Positions 35,230-42,691 are shown, counted from the first letter of the stretch. The stretch is DNA of 58,733 bases from Nanobdellota archaeon (GCA_034660355.1 JAYEIZ010000160.1:1-58733), one strand, 5' to 3'. Notes: generated from the letters alone by a model not told the origin. Numbers and translations are program-made.

Positions 35230-35305
35230 TCTGAGAAGAGCTACACCTAATCTATATAACTATAGAAAAGACCATATTTAACTCTTCTCAGAGGTGTTTC
35301 TCAGC
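35230..35305 (-). promoter_or_regulatory. Structured leader with mutually exclusive helices upstream of the non-canonical-start ORF
   Basis: ctgagaagag (35231-35240) pairs perfectly with ctcttctcag (35282-35291). Alternatively ctgagaa...acacct (35231-35248) pairs with aggtgtttctcag (35292-35304) with a 5-nt bulge. Confidence 0.35.
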
Positions 35306-35373
35306 ATAGGTCATGCAAATAATACTTACTATATAATGCTTTAATAAAGAGAGTCAATCTACATAAATCAATA

Positions 35374-36048
35374 CTAAACAAATCCATTATCTATCAACTT
35401 ATTATTAGTTTCAATCTGGTTATTTCCATGTAAACCCATCTCTACAATTTCTTTACAGCTAGCCTTATATCTCATGTAATAAGTATTGTTTACATCTTGG
35501 ATACTGCCACTGACAACTGTATGAGCTTTGTATGCTGCAAAGTTTATAATAGCATCTGTATATGCTGCAGATATTTTTAAATCTGTAGCAGCATTGATAA
35601 TTGTTTTAGGAGAGGCTGCATAAACTAATATAATTAATGGTCTAGCTAAACTATCTGTACCCTTAATTCTAGCTTTATATGGTTCATCTATAAGAATAGA
35701 TACAGCAGTATCTACATCAGAAACCATATTGGTTGAGGTATCTTTAATACTAATAGGAGTCTTATCCACAGCATAATGAGCAGATATTGGAGTCATGAAA
35801 TCAGAAGGTAGTTTATATTCTTCACCATCTAAAGGATTATCTATTTCATATTCTTTTTTAAGTAGATTAAACTTCTTATGTACAGCTAGATTAGCTAGAT
35901 TAATATAACTTATACATTTTGCTTGGTTAGCTAATTGTTTTGCTGTAGGTGGTGTAATAGGGTTAATTGACATATCCCCTACATCAGATATAGGTAATGT
36001 ATTAATTTCACCGTTTCTTAAAAATTCTATATATTCCGACACTTTCAT
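35374..36048 (-). CDS. Virion protein downstream of terminase (224 aa; N4 gp67 slot), function unknown
   Basis: Assignment by position only. Confidence 0.45.
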   Translation of the reverse strand: MKVSEYIEFLRNGEINTLPISDVGDMSINPITPPTAKQLANQAKCISYINLANLAVHKKFNLLKKEYEIDNPLDGEEYKLPSDFMTPISAHYAVDKTPISIKDTSTNMVSDVDTAVSILIDEPYKARIKGTDSLARPLIILVYAASPKTIINAATDLKISAAYTDAIINFAAYKAHTVVSGSIQDVNNTYYMRYKASCKEIVEMGLHGNNQIETNNKLIDNGFV

Positions 36049-36059
36049 TTTATTATCCT

Positions 36060-37661
36060 TTATACAAAGTAAGAACTGTCATCTTCAATAGATGAATCAT
36101 CACTATCCCAGATACCACCACTATACGCTTCTTCATCTTCATCAGGAACAGAAAGTTCACTTGGCTTCCAAGAATTTAATTCTGGAAGCATTGACACAGT
36201 ATCCAGCCAATCATCATGTTTGCTCTTAAATCCTTTAAGAGTAGCTAATGATAATTCATCCATTGCCTCTATAAGTATAGAATCTTCCTTCAATTCCTCT
36301 GGAAATGAAATCTTCTGCATCTTAAATAATGGTACAGCATTCTGTTGAAATCTACTCATCTTATCTTTAAGTGGACGAATACCAAAGTCATTTCCTTGTT
36401 TACCTTTAGATAAAGGAAAGTAAATATTCCTGTCCATCATAATGCCTTGTATCCAAGATATGAATGCTCCCTGCTGTCCAGAAACCTCTATACCTACTTC
36501 AAGTGGTCGATATATTTGAGCTAACCTAAAGAGCTCATCAATAGTTTCTGGCATAAGAGCTTGTTTACAGAACCCATCTACCCAGAACCAATGTCCTGCA
36601 TTATTGAGAGCCCATACACTAATTACACTAAAGTCTGCTGATTGTTTATCTGATGTAGCAAAATCTGTAGTAACGTAGAAATTATAGTTACCTTTATTAC
36701 GTAATAGTTTATCACGACTAAACCACATAATATCTTTATCTGTAATTAATCTTTCTTCTTCTGTCATAATACGTAACATTAGCTCTTGATTAAATGAATC
36801 TAGTTTAATTGCAAGCTTAGTTTTATTATACTGAGCTAAAACATAGTCATAAGTAAACCTATCTTCCCAAGCTCCTCTAAACTCTTCTCGAGTACATGGA
36901 AACTTCTCACATACAGGATACACATTAACATACCATGCCCCAGATTCAATAGCTTTATATAAAGGATCTTTAGCATTATATGGAGTACCTGACCAGATAA
37001 CCTTACGTTTATTAGGATGTAGAGCATAATCAATAGCAGAGTAAACTGTATCTTCTACCCGTTCAATAATAGTAGGAGACTTTGCATCTGCATCACTTAA
37101 CAGATCATCCAATATAGCTAACTGTGGACGAGTACCTAATTCCTGTGTACCACGTACACCAGTAGTTGCACCATGCCCAGTAACAACAAATTCTTTACCA
37201 TTAGCGTTCTTGAAATACCATCGAATATCTGTAAATTTAAAATCACTTAAATATTTCTTTAGAAACTCACTATTCTCGCATTGTCTTTCAAGACGCAAAC
37301 GCATCTTCTTAACACCATTCTCAATACTATCTGAAACATATAAAGCATACCCTACATCCCCAAATCCAGGTATACCCCCATATACGGCTATATACAGAAA
37401 CAAATACTCTGCTAACAATGTAGTCTTACTAAGCCCTCTCGAGCACATATTAGCTATATTCTCTTTTTTACCTATAATATTATCTAACATTTGATAGTGG
37501 ATTACAGGGGATTTATGTTCAGTAGGAGTATCTCCATGTAGTAGCTTAATAAAACTAATAAACTCTAATGCAAATTCACTAGGTACATAATTAGGGTCTA
37601 CAGAATAATCTATATCCTTTAACCAATCATCTACAGATTTCTTAACAGGAGCAGCTAACAT
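36060..37661 (-). CDS. terL: Terminase large subunit
   Basis: ATPase motifs 'CSRGLSKTT' (Walker A-like) and 'LAILDDLLSD' (Walker B). C-terminal RNase H-like nuclease 'YVTTDFATSDKQSADFSVISVWA ... HDDWLDTVSM'. Confidence 0.85.
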   Translation of the reverse strand: MLAAPVKKSVDDWLKDIDYSVDPNYVPSEFALEFISFIKLLHGDTPTEHKSPVIHYQMLDNIIGKKENIANMCSRGLSKTTLLAEYLFLYIAVYGGIPGFGDVGYALYVSDSIENGVKKMRLRLERQCENSEFLKKYLSDFKFTDIRWYFKNANGKEFVVTGHGATTGVRGTQELGTRPQLAILDDLLSDADAKSPTIIERVEDTVYSAIDYALHPNKRKVIWSGTPYNAKDPLYKAIESGAWYVNVYPVCEKFPCTREEFRGAWEDRFTYDYVLAQYNKTKLAIKLDSFNQELMLRIMTEEERLITDKDIMWFSRDKLLRNKGNYNFYVTTDFATSDKQSADFSVISVWALNNAGHWFWVDGFCKQALMPETIDELFRLAQIYRPLEVGIEVSGQQGAFISWIQGIMMDRNIYFPLSKGKQGNDFGIRPLKDKMSRFQQNAVPLFKMQKISFPEELKEDSILIEAMDELSLATLKGFKSKHDDWLDTVSMLPELNSWKPSELSVPDEDEEAYSGGIWDSDDSSIEDDSSYFV

Positions 37662-37662
37662 A

Positions 37663-38088
37663 TTACTTAATTACTCCTGTCCATGTAGCACTTGCTACCA
37701 CATCCCCATCAACATAAGCTTTACCTACATACTTACTTAATTTAAGACTACATGCTTGTAAAGATACTCTGAATACTAATTGATCTCCTGGAGTAACTGG
37801 TTTACGAAAACGTACTTTATCTACAGTCGCTACAAATACACTATCAAATGCACCTTCATATTTTACACTTTGTGAGGCTAATAATCCTCCTGTTTGTAGC
37901 ATCCCTTCAACAATTAACATTCCAGGAAATATTGGTTCAGTAGGAAAATGTCCCTGAAAACAAGATTCATTAATAGTTATATTTTTAACTGCAACAATGT
38001 CTTTAGATGGGTTTATATTAAGCACTCTATCTACCATGAGAAAAGGAGGCTTATGAGGAAGAATATTCATTATTTCTTTTATGTTCAT
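37663..38088 (-). CDS. fabZ: 3-hydroxyacyl-ACP dehydratase FabZ
   Basis: Near-canonical FabZ: 'ILPHKPPFLMVDRVL', 'VKNITINESCFQGHFPTEPIFPGMLIVEGMLQTGG', 'VDKVRFRKPVTPGDQL'. Catalytic His (GHFP) and Glu (IVEG) are present. The stop lies 1 nt before the terL ATG. Confidence 0.9.
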   Translation of the reverse strand: MNIKEIMNILPHKPPFLMVDRVLNINPSKDIVAVKNITINESCFQGHFPTEPIFPGMLIVEGMLQTGGLLASQSVKYEGAFDSVFVATVDKVRFRKPVTPGDQLVFRVSLQACSLKLSKYVGKAYVDGDVVASATWTGVIK

Positions 38089-38089
38089 C

Positions 38090-38899
38090 TTATTTTCCTA
38101 TACTATCAAAAAATGATTCTTTAGTTACTGGTTCAGGCTCCACCTCTTCAGTGAACTCCACATCAACTACTTTAGGCTCTGCTCTTTTAAGAATATCACT
38201 ATGAGCAATCTCTTTAGCGTTCACATGCCCACCTTGAATAAGTTCTCTCTGTTGCTTTGCCAGAGCTCTTGTAGTAGCTCTCAGGTCATCAATCACATCA
38301 TTCGAGTGTGTTACATCAATTTCTATTTTAGACGCTACAGGAGCAGCCAAATTACTAATCAAACACTCTGCAGCCTTCTGACGTACCATTTCACTTTTAG
38401 CTGACATCATTAAACTAGCTTGAGTATTAATAGCATCTTGATATATCCCCGCATTGAGAATATGGGTAGGTATAATAGTTTGCTCTAGTATTTTAATAAC
38501 TAAACTATTATTAGCATACCCATCTGCAAAACAAGCAATCTGAGAAGTAGTAGTCCCTTTGGCTACAAGATTCTGATACCTATCAGGAAACACTTTAGCA
38601 TATGCTGTAGAGTGTTTATCTCCCATAAGCTTTAGAGAAACAAACTTAATAGCATTGATATATGCTGTAAGAGAATACCTTCCTCCCATAAGAACTGCAC
38701 TGAAACTAAGAGCATTATCTCTAAATACTCTACGTAATTCAGATTCAGTCTCAGAGTTAATTAGATTAACTACATCATCAGTTACAGCTTTACGGAAACG
38801 TTTATCAGGTAAACAACCTATTAACATTTCTTTAGTAATATAATCTGTAGTCTCAATATCTACACCATTATCTGGTAAATTAACTAAACTATTTCCCAT
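38090..38899 (-). CDS. Hypothetical protein (269 aa); candidate small terminase/packaging-associated protein by position
   Basis: Second gene of the late operon, upstream of fabZ-terL. No motif recognised. Confidence 0.35.
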   Translation of the reverse strand: MGNSLVNLPDNGVDIETTDYITKEMLIGCLPDKRFRKAVTDDVVNLINSETESELRRVFRDNALSFSAVLMGGRYSLTAYINAIKFVSLKLMGDKHSTAYAKVFPDRYQNLVAKGTTTSQIACFADGYANNSLVIKILEQTIIPTHILNAGIYQDAINTQASLMMSAKSEMVRQKAAECLISNLAAPVASKIEIDVTHSNDVIDDLRATTRALAKQQRELIQGGHVNAKEIAHSDILKRAEPKVVDVEFTEEVEPEPVTKESFFDSIGK

Positions 38900-39548
38900 C
38901 TAATATTCCCCATTTCTTGTACAAACTCATACTAGTTACTTCTGGATGCTTAAAGTATCTAGGATTAATCATCCATATTTTAGCTTCATCAGATTTAACT
39001 ATAAGATTAGCTGTAACTAATTCTCTCCAGTATTTATTAAAAGTCCTATTACACATTCCCATAGCTTTTGCTATTTTACTCTTATTAAACAAATTATCTG
39101 TGCCCATGTATATAATAATATCTAGTATCAGAACTCTAGCTTTACTAGAGGTACACATAATAGGAGGACGCTCTAATGCGTATATATAATTAATTGGTGT
39201 CTCTGTAACCTTTTTTATATATTCAATTTTTCGTAGTCCTCTAGTTGTCTGATTTTCCCACATATGATTAAGAACTTTATAATCTGCAGTTACTCCCCAA
39301 CACATATAATCTGGATTAAACATATACTCAGTTTTAGTATATTTCCTAACTAAATCATTACGCTTCAATTCCTGCATAGCTACTTCAAAACTATGAGAAT
39401 TAATCTTAAATTTCTCCTGTAACTCTTTCGGAGTTCCTTTAATTATATTTTGGTTATTTATACACAGAGCTGCATTAATAAACATTAGTTTAGCTGATCT
39501 GTTAATCAGCCCAGTAGGGCTTTTACTAATATAAGATAGATAAGACAT
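38889..39548 (-). CDS. Tandem winged-helix DNA-binding protein (219 aa), first gene of the late operon
   Basis: Two similar segments: 'TPKELQEKFKINSHSFEVAMQELKRNDLVRKY...MFNPDYM' and 'SKIAKAMGMCNRTFNKYWRELVTANLIVKS...MINPRYF'. Confidence 0.5.
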   Translation of the reverse strand: MSYLSYISKSPTGLINRSAKLMFINAALCINNQNIIKGTPKELQEKFKINSHSFEVAMQELKRNDLVRKYTKTEYMFNPDYMCWGVTADYKVLNHMWENQTTRGLRKIEYIKKVTETPINYIYALERPPIMCTSSKARVLILDIIIYMGTDNLFNKSKIAKAMGMCNRTFNKYWRELVTANLIVKSDEAKIWMINPRYFKHPEVTSMSLYKKWGILDGK

Positions 39549-39584
39549 TAATTACTCCATGACATCAATGTGTCTAAACTAATC

Positions 39585-39590
39585 ATTATA
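39585..39590 (-). promoter_or_regulatory. Perfect -10 hexamer (TATAAT on the minus strand) upstream of the late operon; no good -35
   Basis: attata at 39585-39590 (+) is TATAAT on the minus strand, 36 nt upstream of ATG 39548. N4 late promoters are activator-dependent host promoters. Confidence 0.2.
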
Positions 39591-39735
39591 GTACATAAGT
39601 CAAGATTTATTTTAATCTGTATAACAACCTCCCTCTTCCTACATCTCATGTGTATTTTTCAAAGATAGTGTGAAAGAACGCTTTTATTAGTAAAACCCTA
39701 TAGAGAATTATTATAATTTTTATTTAAGAAAGGTG

Positions 39736-39764
39736 TTGACAGGTACTAATTAAACATCTAAGAT
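39736..39764 (+). promoter_or_regulatory. Sigma70-like promoter (TTGACA-17 nt-TAAGAT) with no ORF directly downstream
   Basis: TTGACA at 39736-39741, 17-nt spacer, TAAGAT at 39759-39764. The next ATG-initiated gene is about 380 nt away. Confidence 0.3.
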
Positions 39765-39811
39765 CCTGTTAAGGAATCACCCTTTGTTTCCCATTCCTCC
39801 ATATATACTCC

Positions 39812-39827
39812 TATATATATATATATA
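39812..39827. repeat. (TA)8 tract
   Basis: tatatatatatatata read directly. An identical-length tract lies at 40619-40634. Confidence 0.9.
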
Positions 39828-40012
39828 ATATAATTATATACTTATATAATATAAGTAATACTCCTTATTAAGCTTAACTAACTAAGATACTAATATAAGA
39901 TAGTATAGTTAATAAGATAAGCGTATTAGCTTATTATTAATATAAGATAAGAATAGTGATAATCCAAAAGCTTTAAGGTATATTTTAATTCTAAGTATGG
40001 GTTCAGTACTTA

Positions 40013-40027
40013 TAGTCCGCAGGACTA
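40013..40027 (+). promoter_or_regulatory. Candidate vRNAP early promoter hairpin (5-6 bp stem, 3-nt loop)
   Basis: t-AGTCC-gca-GGACT-a. On the template strand the loop is TGC (central purine), as in N4 early promoters. It lies 115 nt upstream of the first early gene. Confidence 0.4.
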
Positions 40028-40086
40028 CATTAAACAACCACCCTCCCCCTATAACTAACTATGGGTGTCTTTTCCATAATACACAA

Positions 40087-40097
40087 AGCCCTTGGCT
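40087..40097 (+). promoter_or_regulatory. Candidate hairpin promoter (4-bp stem, 3-nt loop) related to the 40595 hairpin
   Basis: AGCC-ctt-GGCT followed by ATATAGG. Compare ATAGCC-ttc-GGCTAT followed by TAAGG at 40595: shared pattern A.AGCC.T.GGCTAT..AGG. Confidence 0.3.
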
Positions 40098-40141
40098 ATA
40101 TAGGATAATTCTATCCACTAATCTAACAAAGGAATAACATT

Positions 40142-40396
40142 ATGAGAATATCACAAGCGTTCGGAACTTCAGTAATAAGATCACTGTTCACCTTAGACGC
40201 AATCACCTCAGCAGTCGCTCAGGCTGCACTCACCGTAGATGAGGCTGTAGGCACTGCACGTATAGCTGCAGGTACTCTTAGAGAGGCTCAAGCGATTCAG
40301 GCTTGTAACGAGCATTCTAAGCTGTTAAAAGAGCATAAAATAACTGAAGAAGAATTACAATCACAACTAGATAAATATGCACTACCAGCTATGTAG
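40142..40396 (+). CDS. First early protein (84 aa, Ala-rich), unknown function
   Basis: RBS AAAGGA 8 nt upstream. The central 100 nt are about 55% G+C by my count, against about one third for the window. Followed by a terminator. Confidence 0.6.
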   Translation: MRISQAFGTSVIRSLFTLDAITSAVAQAALTVDEAVGTARIAAGTLREAQAIQACNEHSKLLKEHKITEEELQSQLDKYALPAM

Positions 40397-40403
40397 ATAC
40401 AAT

Positions 40404-40440
40404 GGAACTCAAGATTTAAGCATCTTGGGTTCCTTTATAT
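40404..40440 (+). terminator. Rho-independent terminator
   Basis: ggaactcaagat / atcttgggttcc: 12-bp stem (one G-U), loop ttaagc, then tttatat. Confidence 0.7.
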
Positions 40441-40594
40441 TCTTACACATAACACATACACAATAATATAGTGCTCTAAGATATTTATGTATTTATTTAT
40501 ATCTCTTAAATTCTCATTTACTTATTTAGATTATTCTTATCTTATCTCTATATTTATACACTCCTCTTATAAATCCTTTCTGTATGTTCTGGTG

Positions 40595-40609
40595 ATAGCC
40601 TTCGGCTAT
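40595..40609 (+). promoter_or_regulatory. Candidate vRNAP early promoter hairpin (6-bp stem, 3-nt loop)
   Basis: ATAGCC-ttc-GGCTAT. The template-strand loop is GAA (central purine). It lies 67 nt upstream of ATG 40676. Confidence 0.4.
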
Positions 40610-40618
40610 TAAGGTGTT

Positions 40619-40634
40619 TATATATATATATATA
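40619..40634. repeat. (TA)8 tract
   Basis: Read directly. Begins 10 nt after the 40595 hairpin. Confidence 0.9.
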
Positions 40635-40675
40635 CTCATCTTACATTTAACCTGACATATAGAAAGGATCTTACT

Positions 40676-41071
40676 ATGTCTGATAACAAATTTACTAAAC
40701 GTACATCTACTTCTACTTCTAACAATGTTAGAGAGGCAGATAAATCTAAATATAAACGTGATCGTTTTATCTTAGGTAATGCTGATACTATCTTTGAAAC
40801 TGCTGAGCAGTTCACAGGTAAGCTAACAGCTGCAGTTGTAACTAGAATGTTTGCTAATGCAGATACTTCTATCGGTGAAACTACTGGTCGCAGTTTGAAA
40901 GTAAACTTTACAGTACCTGGTACAGGTGAGATTAAGTTTATGGGTTTTATAACTGCTGCTGATGGTACAGTTGAACTAGATATGGAAGATGTGCCACGTA
41001 TCAAAGAAGCTATTGAGACTGGTACTATTGCAATGGCAACTAGTATTGAAGATGTTGTAGCAATGTTCTAA
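40676..41071 (+). CDS. Early protein (131 aa), unknown function
   Basis: RBS GAAAGGA. Co-directional with the early genes and followed by a terminator. The antisense track ORF 40636-41004 is judged a shadow. Confidence 0.6.
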   Translation: MSDNKFTKRTSTSTSNNVREADKSKYKRDRFILGNADTIFETAEQFTGKLTAAVVTRMFANADTSIGETTGRSLKVNFTVPGTGEIKFMGFITAADGTVELDMEDVPRIKEAIETGTIAMATSIEDVVAMF

Positions 41072-41089
41072 CGAACTGTTTTAAGATTG

Positions 41090-41117
41090 GGTAATAGTAC
41101 ATTTATGTACTATTACC
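41090..41117 (+). terminator. Hairpin terminator
   Basis: ggtaatagtaca-ttta-tgtactattacc: 12-bp perfect stem, then tattaac. Confidence 0.6.
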
Positions 41118-41150
41118 TATTAACTATTTAATAACTAATGGAGCTAAACG

Positions 41151-41555
41151 ATGAAAATTCTAAATCAATATACGAAAGAAGTTTTAACTGAAAATAACGG
41201 TAGAAATATGAGAGATACTGTTATTTTAGCTGTAATACAAAAAGTATCTTTAGAAGATGCTGACTTGCAGGGAGCAGATTATTTATGTAACGTAGATTTA
41301 CGAAATGTAAATTTATATAATGCTAATTTACAAGACATAGATTTTAGTAATACTGATTTAAGAGGAGCTGATTTACGCAGTACTAACTTACAAAATGCTA
41401 ATTTACAGGGTGCTGACTTGAGAGGAGCTGATTTACGGAGTGCACACTTATGGGATGCAAACTTGGTAAATGCTAATTTAGAAGGTGCTAAATTATATGG
41501 TGCTGATGTAAGAGGTACTATCTTATGTGATGATACATATCTCACTATCGACTAA
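41151..41555 (+). CDS. Pentapeptide-repeat protein 1 (134 aa)
   Basis: About 18 consecutive A(D/N)LxX units ('ADLQGADYLCNVDLRNVNLYNANLQDIDFSNTDLRGADLRSTNLQNANLQGADLRGADLRSAHL...'). Confidence 0.9.
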   Translation: MKILNQYTKEVLTENNGRNMRDTVILAVIQKVSLEDADLQGADYLCNVDLRNVNLYNANLQDIDFSNTDLRGADLRSTNLQNANLQGADLRGADLRSAHLWDANLVNANLEGAKLYGADVRGTILCDDTYLTID

Positions 41556-41566
41556 TCTAATCATGG

Positions 41567-41592
41567 GCAGTAATACTTAAATGTATTACTGC
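41567..41592 (+). terminator. Hairpin terminator
   Basis: gcagtaatac-ttaaat-gtattactgc: 10-bp stem, followed by tcatttaagtttt. Confidence 0.55.
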
Positions 41593-41652
41593 TCATTTAA
41601 GTTTTAACTAGGATAGTGCATCTATCAATATATTAAATAAAGGAAATGAACT

Positions 41653-41853
41653 ATGAGTAAATTTTATAAACCTGCAAGTGAATTTGAGTTTCTCGTCAAA
41701 TTAGTAGATAATATCATTGAGGAAATGTACCAAATATCTGAAACTAATTTAGTCAAAAATAGTGAATGTAAATTTACTAGAGCACTAGATATTGCTAAGC
41801 ATAATTTAGAAGACGCTCAGGATGAATTACATAATATCTCTATGACTAAATAA
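41653..41853 (+). CDS. Hypothetical early protein (66 aa)
   Basis: RBS AAAGGAAA. Helical and acidic. Confidence 0.5.
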   Translation: MSKFYKPASEFEFLVKLVDNIIEEMYQISETNLVKNSECKFTRALDIAKHNLEDAQDELHNISMTK

Positions 41854-41887
41854 CTAATATATTAACCTCAAACAAAGGACTTAAATT

Positions 41888-42691
41888 ATGAAGATACGAA
41901 ACAGATATACTAATGCAATTATATTCGAGAATGATAGCGATACTATGAGAACTACAGTTATTTTAGCTATATCAGCAAAAGTTAGTTTAGTGAGTGCATA
42001 CTTAGAGAATGTAAACTTGATAGGTGCTAATCTACAAGGAGCAGATTTGCGTAATGCCGATTTACGTGGAGCTAACTTTCATAAAGCTGATTTACATGGA
42101 GCTATTTTACGAGATATAGATGCTGAAAGAGCAAACTTAAAAGAAGTTAATCTATATAACGCAGATCTACATTGTGCAGACTTAGAAGAAGCTAATCTAA
42201 TAGGAGCAAACCTAATAGGAGCTAATTTACAAAGCATTAATTTAGAGGGTGCTAAATTACAAAATACTGATCTAAGAGAAGCTAATTTAGAGAATGCTGA
42301 CTTAGAACTGGCTAATTTACAACGTGCTAATTTATATAGAGCTAATTTATGGAATGCTATTTTGTGGTGTACCAACTTACATGAAGCTAATTTACATAAA
42401 GCTGACATACGAAATACTGACTTCCAAAATGCTAATTTACAGCATGCAAACTTCCGCAATACTAAAGGTGATAGCCAAGAGATAATAACATTTCAAATTA
42501 ACTATTATACTATAACTATCACAAAAGATATTTTTCAAATTGGGCATGAAAGTCATTCTATAAAAGAATGGAAAGAATTTACTGATAAAGAAATTCTAGC
42601 AATGGACGGTAAAGACGCACTCGACTTTTGGAAAATATATAAGTCCGTTTTGTTTGAAATACATGATCTAAACTTTAAATTAAACAAATAA
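41888..42691 (+). CDS. Pentapeptide-repeat protein 2 (267 aa) with a non-repeat C-terminal domain
   Basis: About 32 pentapeptide units, then an ~80-aa unrelated tail ('GDSQEIITFQINYYTITITKDIFQIGHESHSIKEWKEF...'). The N-terminal cap is similar to protein 1. Confidence 0.9.
   Translation: MKIRNRYTNAIIFENDSDTMRTTVILAISAKVSLVSAYLENVNLIGANLQGADLRNADLRGANFHKADLHGAILRDIDAERANLKEVNLYNADLHCADLEEANLIGANLIGANLQSINLEGAKLQNTDLREANLENADLELANLQRANLYRANLWNAILWCTNLHEANLHKADIRNTDFQNANLQHANFRNTKGDSQEIITFQINYYTITITKDIFQIGHESHSIKEWKEFTDKEILAMDGKDALDFWKIYKSVLFEIHDLNFKLNK

Noticed and set aside
39549-40141. tRNA or other structured RNA gene in the long ORF-free regions (also 40397-40675 and 25879-25993)
   Set aside because: I found no cloverleaf-compatible arms and no GGTTCGAAT-type T-loop. 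The stems present are better explained as promoters or terminators. A tRNAscan/Infernal run would be decisive.
40636-41004. Minus-strand ORF (122 aa) overlapping the 131-aa early gene
   Set aside because: It has no RBS and is opposite to the transcription direction of the early block and its terminators. The plus ORF has GAAAGGA upstream of its ATG.
41279-42459. Antisense ORFs 41279-41545 and 42079-42459, and the alternate-frame ORF 51498-51758, inside pentapeptide-repeat genes
   Set aside because: The 15-nt periodic repeats keep several frames stop-free. The sense frame gives perfect A(D/N)LxX repeats with RBS and coupling to neighbours. The others are artefacts.
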